Counted from the first letter of the stretch, positions 40,271 through 51,301 are shown. The stretch is 64,000 nt of DNA from Candidatus Neptunichlamydia sp. (GCA_965233865.1 OZ247587.1:192001-256000); one strand, 5' to 3'. Notes: generated from the sequence alone by a model not told the origin. Program-made: numbers and translations.

Positions 40271-40408
40271 TTAGTATTCAAAATCCTTCCAGGTCAGGAA
40301 ATTGTCTCTTGTGGATATCATAAGCTCAAACTCTGTTGTGTATTCATAATCTTTCTTCACGCAGTCCATAGCATCGACTGCGTTCAAATTTTCCTGGTCA
40401 CTATTCAT
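40271..40408 (-). CDS. Conserved 45-aa small ORF upstream of Rpn, copy 3
   Basis: MNSDQENLNAVDAMDCVKKDYEYTTEFELMISTRDNFLTWKDFEY*. Confidence 0.6.
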   Translation of the reverse strand: MNSDQENLNAVDAMDCVKKDYEYTTEFELMISTRDNFLTWKDFEY

Positions 40409-40471
40409 AGAATACCTACTCCATTTGAAATACCCAGTATAGGACGGAGGATATTCTCTGTCATTGAAAAA

Positions 40472-40687
40472 TTACTGATCTATCCCCTCTAAAACGGCAT
40501 AATCCTCTAGAGGAACGATGGCAACCTCTGCGCCATTCAAATTATAGAGAATCCGCTCCCCTCCAAAGGCGACTCGATTGAACATCTCTTGCTCAGCCTC
40601 TACTGATTTCAAGACGATTTCTGCATCTTTAGACCTTGCATTAACATCCCACCCTACTGGGTATTGCAATTCTTCCATTGTTTGCAT
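40472..40687 (-). CDS. Phd/YefM-like small protein, copy 3
   Basis: QEMFNRVAFGGERILYNLNGAEVAIVPLEDY. Confidence 0.6.
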   Translation of the reverse strand: MQTMEELQYPVGWDVNARSKDAEIVLKSVEAEQEMFNRVAFGGERILYNLNGAEVAIVPLEDYAVLEGIDQ

Positions 40688-40723
40688 AGTTTTCTCCTTT
40701 GCAAAATTGTTTTTTTTGGTGCA

Positions 40724-43125
40724 TCAAAGACTTAGTTCAAACCCTCTTTGCTGCTGCTCTTCTTGTTCAATGCCAAGTTGAACATCTAGTTGTTTTTCTT
40801 GCTTTTCTAGCTCTGCCCAACAGCCCAGGACTTCTTGCGACTGCATGTCTTGAGAAGCTTCAGAGGAAAGAAAATCATGCTCGATTTCTCTTGCATACAT
40901 GTTTTCATAGATAGCTAGTTGCTCCAGTATATCCAGGCGCTCTAACTCACTTCCCCGTACCAATATTTTCCTGTCCTCTAAGATGGAAAGGTCAGCGTTA
41001 TTTTCTTTGTCAAACAGGAGCGAGCTCTCTACTGGCATAGTATTTTCATGAGAGCTGCTGCTTTCAATGGCAGCATTCTCTATAGAAACAAACACGTAGC
41101 CTTCTTGTTCATTGAGTCTAGAGGCTTCATTTGCCTCTAATTGAGATTGACACAGGACAACTACTGAGCGTTCATTCTCAGGGGTGAAGAGGCGTTCGAT
41201 ATTTTGAATGGACTCCATCCCTGAAGATTGGCAATGATCTTAATAGACTGCTAGCTTCTCAAGCTACATTTCTTGCCTTTGAAGGGTCGCTTCTTCAACT
41301 CTTTGCAGATCTGCTTACCGCTCTAAGTCTTGCTCTATAGGTTTCAGAGCTTTGTTTTCAATAGCATAGATTTTAATCTCAGGAAGTTTTGATACACCGT
41401 ATTGAGAAGCATCAGACTTTTCGGTTGAAGGGTTTTGATAGAAATCATGATCATCTGATTTGTCAGCTCTGTCTTCCCGACGATCGTCTACCATCTCCTA
41501 GATGTTTGCCTTCAACTCTCTGCCAAAAGCTTTAACTTTTGTCCATTTCGTTCCATATTCTCTTGCTTTCTCAAGCTCGCAATCAAATGTTTCTTTCTCA
41601 GCTTGTTTCTGCAGATCATATTCGTTGTGAAAGTAGAGTGTGGATTCCTTAGAGGCGTCTTTGGAGCATTGCTCTTGCAATGCTCTAAAACCTCCACACT
41701 CTTTCTTGTTAATGTAAATACTGACAGTTTCTTTGTGCCTTGACATGGCTACATAGGAAGTTTGTTTTCCATTGAGCGAGTTGTGGAGAACGTAGGTGTC
41801 CTCTACCGTTCTATCTTGAGATCGGAAGGTAGTAGTCGCATATCCTAGTTGCCAAGAGCCATATTCTTTCGGGTCAAATGATACAATCTTGGTGTACTTG
41901 GAACTGTCTTTTCCCTCCTGATCAAGCTTTACGACAAAACGGTTTTCTTCTGCTTTAATAAGTTCGCCCTTGAGCCCGTTTGTTACACCAATGGCGCGGT
42001 CATTCTTCCTGAATTCAATCAAATCACCCTCACTAACGCGCACAGAACCAAACATTGTCTTGCAGGAGTATTCTTGCTCTTTCAGCTCTCCTTTAACCAT
42101 GCGGACGTCGTGAGCCGCTTGATTGAGTACATAGACTTCTCTATTGGTGGTCGCGAGGATTAGGGATTTGTCATAAGACTTAGATTTGTCGAGGTAATGA
42201 GAAAAAGACCAATCTACTATGAGCTTTTCCATTGCGCTAGCTTTGTCTCTTTCGAAGTTCAGGCATTTTTCCTTGCTCAACCCTCTTAATGCGGCTTCAA
42301 TATCTCCTTGTGCAAAGCTTTGCGTTATAGATCGTTGCTCTTGAGAGCTTTGGCGTTGTATATAGTGCAGTTTTGAAGCATCATATTTTTCTGCCAAAAC
42401 CTGAAACATCCCTCCTCTATCAACTGAGGGCATTTGGGAAGAGTCTCCGGAAAGGATGAGCTTGGCTTTGTGGGCGTGAGCTACCCTGCAGAGTTCATTG
42501 AGCGACTGGTTCCCCAGTTTTCCGGCTTCATCTACGATCCATAGCTCTTTGGACTTGATCTCTCTGTGGCCATGCTCTTGAGCGTACAAAAATCTAGGAA
42601 CATTCTCAGCATTAAAGCCTTTTTCTTTGAGAATATTGGCGGTGGCATTATCCGGACCAAATCCGCGCACTCTGATTTCTTTTTCTTCGTACAACTCTTT
42701 TAAAGCTCGTAAAACGTAGCTTTTACCGGTTTCTGCATACCCTTCCAAGACATGTAGACCTTCTCTCCCTGATAGCTCTCTAAACGCTTGTAATTGCTCA
42801 GGGCTCAAAGTGCGCGAAAATGTCTCTAGGTGCTTTTCTCGAAACCTCACATGCTCTACATCGTTGATCTTCTCGGAGTGTCTTAGGATCTGTTTTTCTT
42901 CTTCGAGGACTTCTTTGGTTGTGAATTTCCCTATATCTTTGTAGCAAGGATATCGATTGTTTAAATCTTTCTGTTGGAGCTTGATGATTGCTTCTTGTTT
43001 CCAGAATAGATCACGAACTTCCTCAATTTTCTCTATAGGAGTATGTTTTACCATAAAACGCTCTACATCTTGAACTTGCCATACCGCTTTTTCGTTGGAA
43101 ATCGCCTTTAAGATCTTTGCAACAC
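40724..43125 (-). pseudogene. traA: Ti-type TraA helicase (RecD-like) region; relaxase domain missing
   Basis: Motifs GYAETGKS (Walker A G>E), IVDEAG, GD..Q, IQRQ, LGYATT..SQD.TV and YVAMSRH; TAG at 41498 and further breaks. Confidence 0.8.
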
Positions 43126-43126
43126 T

Positions 43127-43283
43127 ACCCCCCTCTTCTTCCTGGAAGATAAGGCTCAAGTTTTTTCCAAATTCGATCTGAAATATCGTGACGTCTGTGC
43201 GCTGGTACGGCCATTTCTAAACCTCTCCTTGAAAGTTTAAGAAATCTGCTTAGCACAAATTTAAACTTGTGTCTACACTATCT
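43127..43283 (-). mobile_element. Left-end remnant of a second IS5-family element, marking the island boundary
   Basis: ATG 43214 MAVPAHRRHDISDRIWKKLEPYLPGRRGG with GGAGAGG RBS. Confidence 0.7.
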
Positions 43284-43469
43284 AGTCTATAAAATTTTTT
43301 GGAAAAATGTGTCCATATTTTGCTCCCAAACAAATCCATATATAGATTCACTGACCCTAAAGCAAGAATTATCTTATCCTCAGATATTTATGCAACAAAG
43401 CCTCTTCACACTATCTTTTTTTTTATGGTTTTGCTAGGCTTGTTTCTTAAAAATCTAAACAGTACATCT

Positions 43470-45992
43470 ATGAAATACGATCACATTGTAATTGAAAAAA
43501 AATGGCAGAAATTTTGGAAAGAGAAGAATCTTTTTAAAGCAGACATCGATTCTGACAAACCTAAGTACTATATTCTGGATATGTTCCCCTATCCTTCAGG
43601 CGCAGGACTTCATGTAGGGCACGTTACTGGATATACAGCTACAGATATTTTGGCGCGCTATAAGCGCCAACAAGGATTCAACGTTTTACATCCCATGGGA
43701 TGGGATAGCTTTGGACTTCAGGCAGAACAGTATGCTATTCGAACAGGAACCCATCCAAAAGTAACGACTGAAAGGAATATTAACACCTATCGGCGGCAGC
43801 TGCAGTCTCTAGGCTTCAGTTATGACTGGGAACGAGAGTTCGCAACGAGCGATCCTGACTACTATAAATGGACACAATGGATCTTTACAAAACTTTGCGA
43901 AAAAGAGCTTGCTTATGAGGCGGAGATTCTTGTGAACTATTGCCCGGAACTGGGCACTGTTCTTGCGAATGAAGAAGTCGAAGATGGGAAATCTAAAGAG
44001 GGGAGCTTTCCTGTTGAGAGGCGTCCTTTAAGACAATGGGTCCTAAAAATCACCGAGTATGCTGAACGCCTTTTAAATGATCTTGATACATTGGACTGGC
44101 CCGATCACCTCAAAACCCTTCAGCGCAACTGGATTGGCAAGAGCCATGGTGCAAAGGTCACATTTTTAGAGAATGAAACTAGGCAACCCATTACTGTTTA
44201 TACAACTAGGCACGACACCTTATTTGCTACGACGTTTTTAATTGTTTCTCCAGAGCATCCTATTGTGAAAGAGATTACAACAAAGGAGCAACAAGTCAAA
44301 GTGGAAGCTTACCTGAAGGAAACGGCAAAAAAGAGTGATTTTGAGAGAACGGAGCTTGCAAAAAACAAGACAGGTGTTTGGACTGGATCTTACGCAATTA
44401 ATCCTGTTAATGATGAATTAATCCCCATTTGGGTTACTGACTACGTCCTCATGGGCTATGGAACCGGCGCTGTCATGGGAGTCCCTGGTGGAGATGAGCG
44501 AGACTTCGAATTTGTGAAAAAATATGGCCTTCCTGTGATCCCTCCCTATGATCCCTATATCGAAGAAGTTCCTGCCGGAATGACAAAAGAAGACTTGCGC
44601 ATAGAAATTCTAACGGGAAAGCGCTGCTCAAACACAGGTGGAAAAGTCATCAATGGGAAAAGTAAGAAACTCGACATTAATGATTTAGAAATCGAATCTG
44701 CAAAGGCTGCTGTTGCGGATTGGTTGGAAAAAGAAGGTATAGGTGAGCGTTGTACAACCTACAAGCTTCGTAACTGGCTCTTTTCTCGCCAACGCTATTG
44801 GGGAGAACCTGTTCCTGTTCTCCATTTTGAGGATGGAACCAAGCGCATTTTAGATTTAGATGAGCTCCCATTAACGCTTCCTGAAGTGACAGAATATAAG
44901 CCTCAGGGGGAGTCTAAAACCCCGCTTGATAACGTTACTGAGTGGGTCCATATTACGGACCCCAAAACAGGCAAAAAGGCGCGTCGAGAAACTAATACGA
45001 TGCCTCAGTGGGCAGGATCTTGTTGGTATTATTTGCGTTTCTGTGATCCACACAATGAAAAGAGTGCTTGGGGCAGCAAAGAAGAAAACTATTGGATGCC
45101 TGTCGACATGTATGTTGGGGGAGTCGAGCATGCCGTTCTCCACCTCCTTTACTCTCGCTTTTGGCATAAGGTCCTTTATGATTGTGGGTATGTTTCAACA
45201 ATTGAACCCTTTCAAACACTTCGAAATCAAGGGCTTGTCACTGCAAAAGCATACAAAGAGCCAGGTGGAGGATATGTTTCTCCAGAAGACGCTATAGGGC
45301 GCGAGGGGCTAACGCAGCTTGTTGAAAAGATGTCTAAGTCGAAACTTAATGGAGTCACTCCTGATGAAATCATCGAAGAGTATGGAGCAGACTCTCTTCG
45401 CCTCTATGAAATGTTCATGGGTCCTTTTGATAAGGAAAAACTCTGGAATGGTGAGGCCATTAGTGGATGCCGCCGCTTTTTAGATCGTTTTCATGCACTT
45501 GTATTTTCTGATAAAGTTAAAGAGACCGATGAAGGGCTAAAACTTGCACATAAGCTCGTTGACGGAGTTTATAAAGATATTGAGGAAATGCTTTTCAATA
45601 CAGCCATTGCTAAAATGATGGAATTTATTAACGCCTTTTCCAAACTCGATTCGTATTCAAAAGAAGGGCTCAAAATGGCGATCCAAGCCTTAGCTCCCTT
45701 TGCTCCACATATTGCAGAAGAATGTTGGAACCACCTGGGAAATCAAGAATCCATTACTTTTACGCCCTTTCCAAAAGCTGATCCGAAATACCTGACTGAG
45801 GAAAATGTCACTTATGTGATTCAAGTCAATGGAAAATTCCGCAGCAAATGGGATCTTCCAAAAGGACAAACTAAAGAAGATTTGCTTGGAGCGGCTCAAA
45901 AAGATGAAAGAATAGCAAAACATATCAGCGGAGAGATTGTAAAAGTGATCTTCGTACCAGAGAAACTTCTCAATATCGTTGTAAAATTATGA
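43470..45992 (+). CDS. leuS: Leucyl-tRNA synthetase
   Basis: MFPYPSG.GLHVGH, KMSKS, WLFSRQRYWG and CP1 editing motifs; start MKYD at 43470. Confidence 0.97.
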   Translation: MKYDHIVIEKKWQKFWKEKNLFKADIDSDKPKYYILDMFPYPSGAGLHVGHVTGYTATDILARYKRQQGFNVLHPMGWDSFGLQAEQYAIRTGTHPKVTTERNINTYRRQLQSLGFSYDWEREFATSDPDYYKWTQWIFTKLCEKELAYEAEILVNYCPELGTVLANEEVEDGKSKEGSFPVERRPLRQWVLKITEYAERLLNDLDTLDWPDHLKTLQRNWIGKSHGAKVTFLENETRQPITVYTTRHDTLFATTFLIVSPEHPIVKEITTKEQQVKVEAYLKETAKKSDFERTELAKNKTGVWTGSYAINPVNDELIPIWVTDYVLMGYGTGAVMGVPGGDERDFEFVKKYGLPVIPPYDPYIEEVPAGMTKEDLRIEILTGKRCSNTGGKVINGKSKKLDINDLEIESAKAAVADWLEKEGIGERCTTYKLRNWLFSRQRYWGEPVPVLHFEDGTKRILDLDELPLTLPEVTEYKPQGESKTPLDNVTEWVHITDPKTGKKARRETNTMPQWAGSCWYYLRFCDPHNEKSAWGSKEENYWMPVDMYVGGVEHAVLHLLYSRFWHKVLYDCGYVSTIEPFQTLRNQGLVTAKAYKEPGGGYVSPEDAIGREGLTQLVEKMSKSKLNGVTPDEIIEEYGADSLRLYEMFMGPFDKEKLWNGEAISGCRRFLDRFHALVFSDKVKETDEGLKLAHKLVDGVYKDIEEMLFNTAIAKMMEFINAFSKLDSYSKEGLKMAIQALAPFAPHIAEECWNHLGNQESITFTPFPKADPKYLTEENVTYVIQVNGKFRSKWDLPKGQTKEDLLGAAQKDERIAKHISGEIVKVIFVPEKLLNIVVKL

Positions 45993-47209
45993 TTCGGTTT
46001 CTGTATAACGCAGCACTATTTGCTCTACTGATTTTTTTCTTTCCGAAACTTCTTATTGACTTTCTGTTTAAGAAGAAGTACCGGAAGAGTTTAAAGCTTC
46101 GCTTAAAACCTAAGGCTCCTAGAGGGGGAGACAAAGAGACGATCTGGCTCCACGCTGTTTCAATGGGAGAGGCAAAGGCGTTATCTACTCTTGTTCCTCA
46201 TATCCGAAAGAGTTATCCCGATGCTTTTATCTTTGTGACCACGGTGACAGAAACCGGGCAGGAGCAAGCGAAACTCTCAATCCCCGGTGCTGATGCAGTC
46301 CATTTCCTTCCCTTTGACTTTTCATGGATCATCAAAGCTTTTGTAAAAACTCTTCGTCCAAATCTTTTGATATTAGTGGAAGGGGACTATTGGCTGAATG
46401 TTATGACTGAGGTGAAAAAGTGTGGAGGGCGTATTGTTGTAGTCAATGGAAAGCTCTCCGAAAAATCCCTTAAGCGGTACCTTACTTTTCGCCCCTTGGC
46501 TCGAATCCTATTTTCTTCTGTTGATCATTTTTATCTTCAAGGAGAAAGCTATCTTGAAAGGTTTCTCAAGCTAGGGATTTCTCCTGAAAAACTTACGATT
46601 ACGGGAAACCTGAAGTTAGATATCCCTTCAGCAGAGCCTGATAGGCTTGACACATTTCGAAAGAGTTTGAAGCTCAAAACAAGTGACCGAGTGATCACCC
46701 TGGGCTCGACCCATGAGGGAGAAGAGGCTCTTTTATTGACTGCCCTCCTTCCACTTCTTACGGAGGATATTCACCTGAAGGTTCTTGTTGTTCCACGCCA
46801 TCCTGAACGATTTAAGAAAGTTAAAGAATCATTTCATCACCCTCAAGTAACTGTTGTTGATAAAATGGGAGTTCTTCCTGCTTGCTATTGCCTCTCATAC
46901 CTTGCCATTGTTGGGGGGAGTTTCGTAAAAGGGATTGGGGGGCATGATATTCTTGAACCAGCTAAGATGGGGATTCCCACTCTCTTTGGTCCCTATATGC
47001 ATAAGCAAGTGGACCTCGATCGCCAGCTCACCGAAGCAGGTGGAGGAATGAAAGTTAAACCTAGTGATCTCACACAAGCAATCGAAAAACTTTTTAGGGA
47101 TTCAAAGTTTCATTTAGAAATGAGTGAGAAGGGAAAGTATGTTGCTCAAAAAACACTTGGTGTTTCATTTCGTACATGGAATTTAATTAATACTAACTGC
47201 AAGAACTAA
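45989..47209 (+). CDS. waaA: 3-deoxy-D-manno-octulosonic acid (Kdo) transferase
   Basis: IWLHAVSMGE, PFD, GNLK.D, GSTHEGEE, VPRHPER and GGH.ILEPA; adjacent to leuS as in Chlamydia. Confidence 0.95.
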   Translation: MIRFLYNAALFALLIFFFPKLLIDFLFKKKYRKSLKLRLKPKAPRGGDKETIWLHAVSMGEAKALSTLVPHIRKSYPDAFIFVTTVTETGQEQAKLSIPGADAVHFLPFDFSWIIKAFVKTLRPNLLILVEGDYWLNVMTEVKKCGGRIVVVNGKLSEKSLKRYLTFRPLARILFSSVDHFYLQGESYLERFLKLGISPEKLTITGNLKLDIPSAEPDRLDTFRKSLKLKTSDRVITLGSTHEGEEALLLTALLPLLTEDIHLKVLVVPRHPERFKKVKESFHHPQVTVVDKMGVLPACYCLSYLAIVGGSFVKGIGGHDILEPAKMGIPTLFGPYMHKQVDLDRQLTEAGGGMKVKPSDLTQAIEKLFRDSKFHLEMSEKGKYVAQKTLGVSFRTWNLINTNCKN

Positions 47210-47442
47210 ATAACGCCTTGACGGCTTTGTTGCATAATTCATTGAAAGCCTTTTAGGCTTTCCGCTTTTCTGTGAATCACTTTATAGCTATTTAGCATGC
47301 CCAGTTCGGTCATCTATGGCCATCCGGAAATCTATTGTGTCAGTTGCGTCATCGGTAAAACCCTAAACCTGCCAATGACCCGTTCGATCTTGCTAACCAT
47401 CTGGATTTATTTCCTGAAATTAGCATAGTTCAAACATTTCCC

Positions 47443-47471
47443 TTGAGAAGAAATCATAGTGAGACTATACT
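47443..47471 (+). promoter_or_regulatory. Sigma66/70-type promoter of the tRNA pair
   Basis: TTGAGA-17 nt-TATACT, 15 nt upstream of the first tRNA. Confidence 0.7.
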
Positions 47472-47486
47472 TACCATTTAATCTAC

Positions 47487-47559
<73 letters not shown>

Positions 47560-47566
47560 ATTTTCT

Positions 47567-47639
47567 GGCGGCATAGCTCAGTTGGTAGAGCAACGGAATC
47601 ATAATCCGTGGGTCCATGGTTCGAGTCCGTGTGCCGCTA
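47567..47639 (+). tRNA. tRNA-Met (CAT), probably elongator
   Basis: GGCGGCATAGCTCAGTTGGTAGAGC...ATCATAA...GGTTCGAGTCC cloverleaf. Confidence 0.92.
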
Positions 47640-47826
47640 TCTTCGGACTGGGATGAAGCCTTCTTTTATTTTTTTAAACATGTCAAAGTTAGCAAAGCTA
47701 AAAGAGATTTAGTAATCATTTTTTATCGTAGCGCTGAAACATTTCAAATTATTATTAATTCTGAAATTTAATTTACGTTTATTTATAATTAATTATTTGA
47801 TATAATAACCTTATTTAAGATGAGGT

Positions 47827-49260
47827 GTGTTTATGAATGTTTCTGTGCAATTAGGAAGATTAATAGCTGAGATTAAGCCAACCCAAGAGGACTTGGCCCT
47901 AGCCTGTTTGACTCAATCTCGTTTAGAATTCAAAAAAACAGTTAACGATATCTACGGAACTGAAAAAATAATTATGGGTGCTGACTCTGAAATTCTTTCT
48001 TTTATGCATGGGTTTGAGACAGAGAGAGGCGAATTAGAGTTTTCTGATCAGAATAAAATTTGGACTCAATTTGAGGATTATCGACAATCTTTTCATGAAT
48101 ATCAGATCATGATTAAAGATCAAAGTTTGGAATCAACCATTGATGAACTTAGAAGTATTGATCCCCATCTTCTCAATGAAGAGAGATACAGTTCTGATGA
48201 CAGATGGATTACAAAATGTCTTAAAACGATATTTTATGAGGTTGTTCGGCTAGCAACAAGTGGTGCAAAGATTGATCGCTATATAGGAAGAGTGGGTGCG
48301 TTACGAGCAATGCAGAAGAAAGAACAAGAAATCCAGAAGGTTCTAGAGATATTTCCAAAGTTTTTTGTAACCTCAGTCCCACTCACTTCTCTTGGACAAA
48401 TTAATCGATTATTCGAGTTATATTCTGGAAACAAAAAGTTTGAAGAAAAACGGAATTGGTTTAAAAACCGTCTTATGTTTTATGTGAATCCAAATCTTGA
48501 GCAACTTTTAGAAAGAGAACTGACAGCGCCTGTTAGAGATTTTGAGCCGGTGATTGAAGATATAGATGATATTCCAAAAAAAAAGGTTCAAAATAAGTGG
48601 GCTGACGCAGACGGTGCGATGGTAATTAAGACAATGGTTGGGGCAACGCTAATGAATAAGAAGCTTGCTAATGTTGTGAACACAAAACTGTTACTTCTCG
48701 ATCAGATTGCACTAGTAGAAGAGCATTTGGATAGTTTATATACCTACGAAATTACATTCAAAAGCCCTTTAGTCGGTTCAACTGATTTTGTTGATCAAGG
48801 AGGATGGGGAGATATGACTCATTCAAGAATGTTAATGGGAAAGAAGGTTACTATGCGTTTTGATCCGACTAAGCGTTCGATGAGTTTCCCAAAAGGTGGG
48901 TTTCAGATGGGGATTCATTTGGAAGATTTCAGTTTCTTATACAACAAAATGAGCTATACTGAAGGGATTGTTTTGTCGGCATTCTTAAAACTTCATGGCT
49001 ATATGTCGACTTTTGGGTCTTTAAATCATCCAATGCATTTAGCAACGACAGTCAATAGCCTTGGAGTCTTGGATGATGAAGAATTAAGAATAGGAATTGC
49101 AATTCATAATACGAGTGATATCCTTCTCTCCCTTGAGGGACAATATCCAAAAGATAGGTGCTTATCCACTCTTCAAAGCAATTTGGATTCAATTGAATTG
49201 ACTACTCCGGAGATTGAGAAGACATTTAACTATATGGAGTGGAAAGCTGCGTCAGAATAA
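47827..49260 (+). CDS. Hypothetical protein (likely ATG 47833)
   Basis: Long ORF with GAGG RBS and TGATATAAT upstream. Confidence 0.7.
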   Translation: MFMNVSVQLGRLIAEIKPTQEDLALACLTQSRLEFKKTVNDIYGTEKIIMGADSEILSFMHGFETERGELEFSDQNKIWTQFEDYRQSFHEYQIMIKDQSLESTIDELRSIDPHLLNEERYSSDDRWITKCLKTIFYEVVRLATSGAKIDRYIGRVGALRAMQKKEQEIQKVLEIFPKFFVTSVPLTSLGQINRLFELYSGNKKFEEKRNWFKNRLMFYVNPNLEQLLERELTAPVRDFEPVIEDIDDIPKKKVQNKWADADGAMVIKTMVGATLMNKKLANVVNTKLLLLDQIALVEEHLDSLYTYEITFKSPLVGSTDFVDQGGWGDMTHSRMLMGKKVTMRFDPTKRSMSFPKGGFQMGIHLEDFSFLYNKMSYTEGIVLSAFLKLHGYMSTFGSLNHPMHLATTVNSLGVLDDEELRIGIAIHNTSDILLSLEGQYPKDRCLSTLQSNLDSIELTTPEIEKTFNYMEWKAASE

Positions 49261-49960
49261 AGCTGCGCAAGAAAGTTTTATAGAGTTTTTCGTCATAGTA
49301 AGCGGGAAAACGAGATAAGTCGGTTTTGGCTAGGATTGTTTCTACAATAGTGAAAGCCCCTTCTATCTGACCTTTCCTATCTAAGTTTTCATAGGACAAG
49401 ACATAGGTGAGAGCATAGCGGGTTGCTAGTGAGAGGTTTTTCCATGTTAATCCCGCTTCTTCAAAGCGCATTTTGATCTGCTGTGCATAATCTACTAAAA
49501 GCTCTTTTGTGAGAGCCTCGCGGCGAGAAGGTTTGATAAGAGCTTTCTCAGTTGGAAAAGCAAGAGCCACTTCTATATAAGGGACTAGGAGCTCTTCAAA
49601 GAAAGGGTCTGTTGCTTTTTCAGGGAGGTAGAGTGTGTCTAGGCTTACCATCAAATAATGGACGGTATCTACTGCAGCCTTTCGCTTGTCCTTCAAATTC
49701 ATTTCAGGGTTAGATCCCACAAATACTCGTATAGAATCAATGATGTGAGGAATCTCTGCCCATGTGAACCCTTTCTCGTACTTTCGATGTAGGAAATGGG
49801 TCAGATTGAAGAGATCTCTTTCTTCTAGTTTTACTGTGGGAGGGGGAGGCTGTTCTAAAATCTGAAACTCTAAATCAGCCTGTATGACACTGCCCTGACC
49901 ACCTTGCTCTAAGGGAATCACAACTTCATAGTCTGGTTGTTGTTGTGGTAGATCTTGCAT
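49226..49960 (-). CDS. Hypothetical protein with two internal helical repeats
   Basis: FTW...K...A..TV..L...D / LTW...G...A..IV..I...D repeat. Confidence 0.65.
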   Translation of the reverse strand: MQDLPQQQPDYEVVIPLEQGGQGSVIQADLEFQILEQPPPPTVKLEERDLFNLTHFLHRKYEKGFTWAEIPHIIDSIRVFVGSNPEMNLKDKRKAAVDTVHYLMVSLDTLYLPEKATDPFFEELLVPYIEVALAFPTEKALIKPSRREALTKELLVDYAQQIKMRFEEAGLTWKNLSLATRYALTYVLSYENLDRKGQIEGAFTIVETILAKTDLSRFPAYYDEKLYKTFLRSFILTQLSTPYS

Positions 49961-49997
49961 TGGGGAGAAGTCTACAATACTTAGGAATTTTGCACAA

Positions 49998-50822
49998 TCA
50001 CTCTAGGGCGATAGAAAGGGCATTTTGGTATTTAGGGTGGAAACGGAGGTGGGTATGTGTTCCATTCTCAATAGAAATAAGAAAAGTGTCTCGTTTGTCT
50101 TTAATAAGCTTAAGTAGTCGGATGCTTGAGTCATAGGGGATAACTTCATCTTTTGTGCCGTGAAAAATAAGAATAGGCGCATCGACACGGACAATCCATT
50201 GATCGGTTCTGAAGTGGTATTTCAGAAGCGGTGGGATGAGGAATCTTGGAACATAGGGAATTTGTCGCGGTGTAAGATCAAGAATACTAAAATAGGGAGC
50301 CTCAAGAACAAGGGTTTTTGGTTCATGATAAGAAGCGACATAGGTAGCAATTCCAGTGCCAAGTGAACAACCATAAATTATGATTTGGTCTTCTCGATAA
50401 AGATTATTCAGGTAGTTGTAGCAATAGTCTGCGTCATGGCAGAGGGCTTTTTCGCTTAGTTTCCCCTTGCTTTTTCCAAAACCACGGTAGTCCATTACGA
50501 AGAGGTCATAGCCACGCGAGGTGAATTCTTGTGAGATCTTACCCCAGTTTCCGGAGAGGTTTCCTCCACGTCCATGAAAATAAAGGACAACCCCTTTTGG
50601 ATTTTCGGTTTTAAAATAGAGGGCATTGATACGAGCTCCTTCAATAGTATCAAGAAATAATTCTTCAAAAGGTTCTTCGAAGTTAAAGACATAGTCTTCC
50701 GAAAGCGTGGATTTTTGGAATAATATATCTTCCTGGTGGTAATAGATGTGACCAATTGCAGTTATTGCTAAGATCAAACAGGAAGAAATTGTGATAAGAA
50801 GTTTTTTCCTCATACAGAACAA
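49998..50822 (-). CDS. Alpha/beta hydrolase (ABHD12/13-like)
   Basis: FHG, DYRGFG, GCSLG nucleophile, HG..DEVIP and H; N-terminal TM. Confidence 0.88.
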   Translation of the reverse strand: MFCMRKKLLITISSCLILAITAIGHIYYHQEDILFQKSTLSEDYVFNFEEPFEELFLDTIEGARINALYFKTENPKGVVLYFHGRGGNLSGNWGKISQEFTSRGYDLFVMDYRGFGKSKGKLSEKALCHDADYCYNYLNNLYREDQIIIYGCSLGTGIATYVASYHEPKTLVLEAPYFSILDLTPRQIPYVPRFLIPPLLKYHFRTDQWIVRVDAPILIFHGTKDEVIPYDSSIRLLKLIKDKRDTFLISIENGTHTHLRFHPKYQNALSIALE

Positions 50823-51301
50823 GGTACCAAAAAACTTAATTTATAAGGTGAAAAACATTGGGAATAAGGCTCTTTAAGCATTTGATTTGTTGGATTATTA
50901 TATAATCGCTATAACGATGGGTAAAGAAAAGATATTTAGATCAGATCCCGGGAGCTATTGGCTGGTATTCCTTCCCTTCCCATAGGAAATGGAACCATTT
51001 ACTCTGTTGCCATTAATTCCTCAGGATCTGCCATCATTGGGGGGGGGTGATAATGATTATTCTTCAAAAACCGATCTCTTTGAGTGAGGTCACAATCACT
51101 CCTTTTATATTGTTTGATTGGGTGAATAATTGGAAAGGGAAGGTAAGAGAAAGTCGAAAATCTGGATTAAACTTAAGGATAGACCCCTACTATGTTTCTC
51201 GTCTTCGTTCAGAAATAGGAGTGCACCTTGCTCAACAAAAAGAGACAAGACATGGAATATTAAAGTTTGAGGAAGGGGCTAGTTATGTTAACAAAACTCC
51301 T

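Noticed and set aside
43299..43469. 57-aa N-terminal extension of LeuS
   Set aside because: TTG-start extension with no LeuS similarity; the family-typical start is MKYD at 43470
47210..47420. Possible ncRNA between waaA and the tRNAs
   Set aside because: No recognisable structure; a minus-strand KIERVIGRF stretch hints at a decayed transposase but is too weak to call
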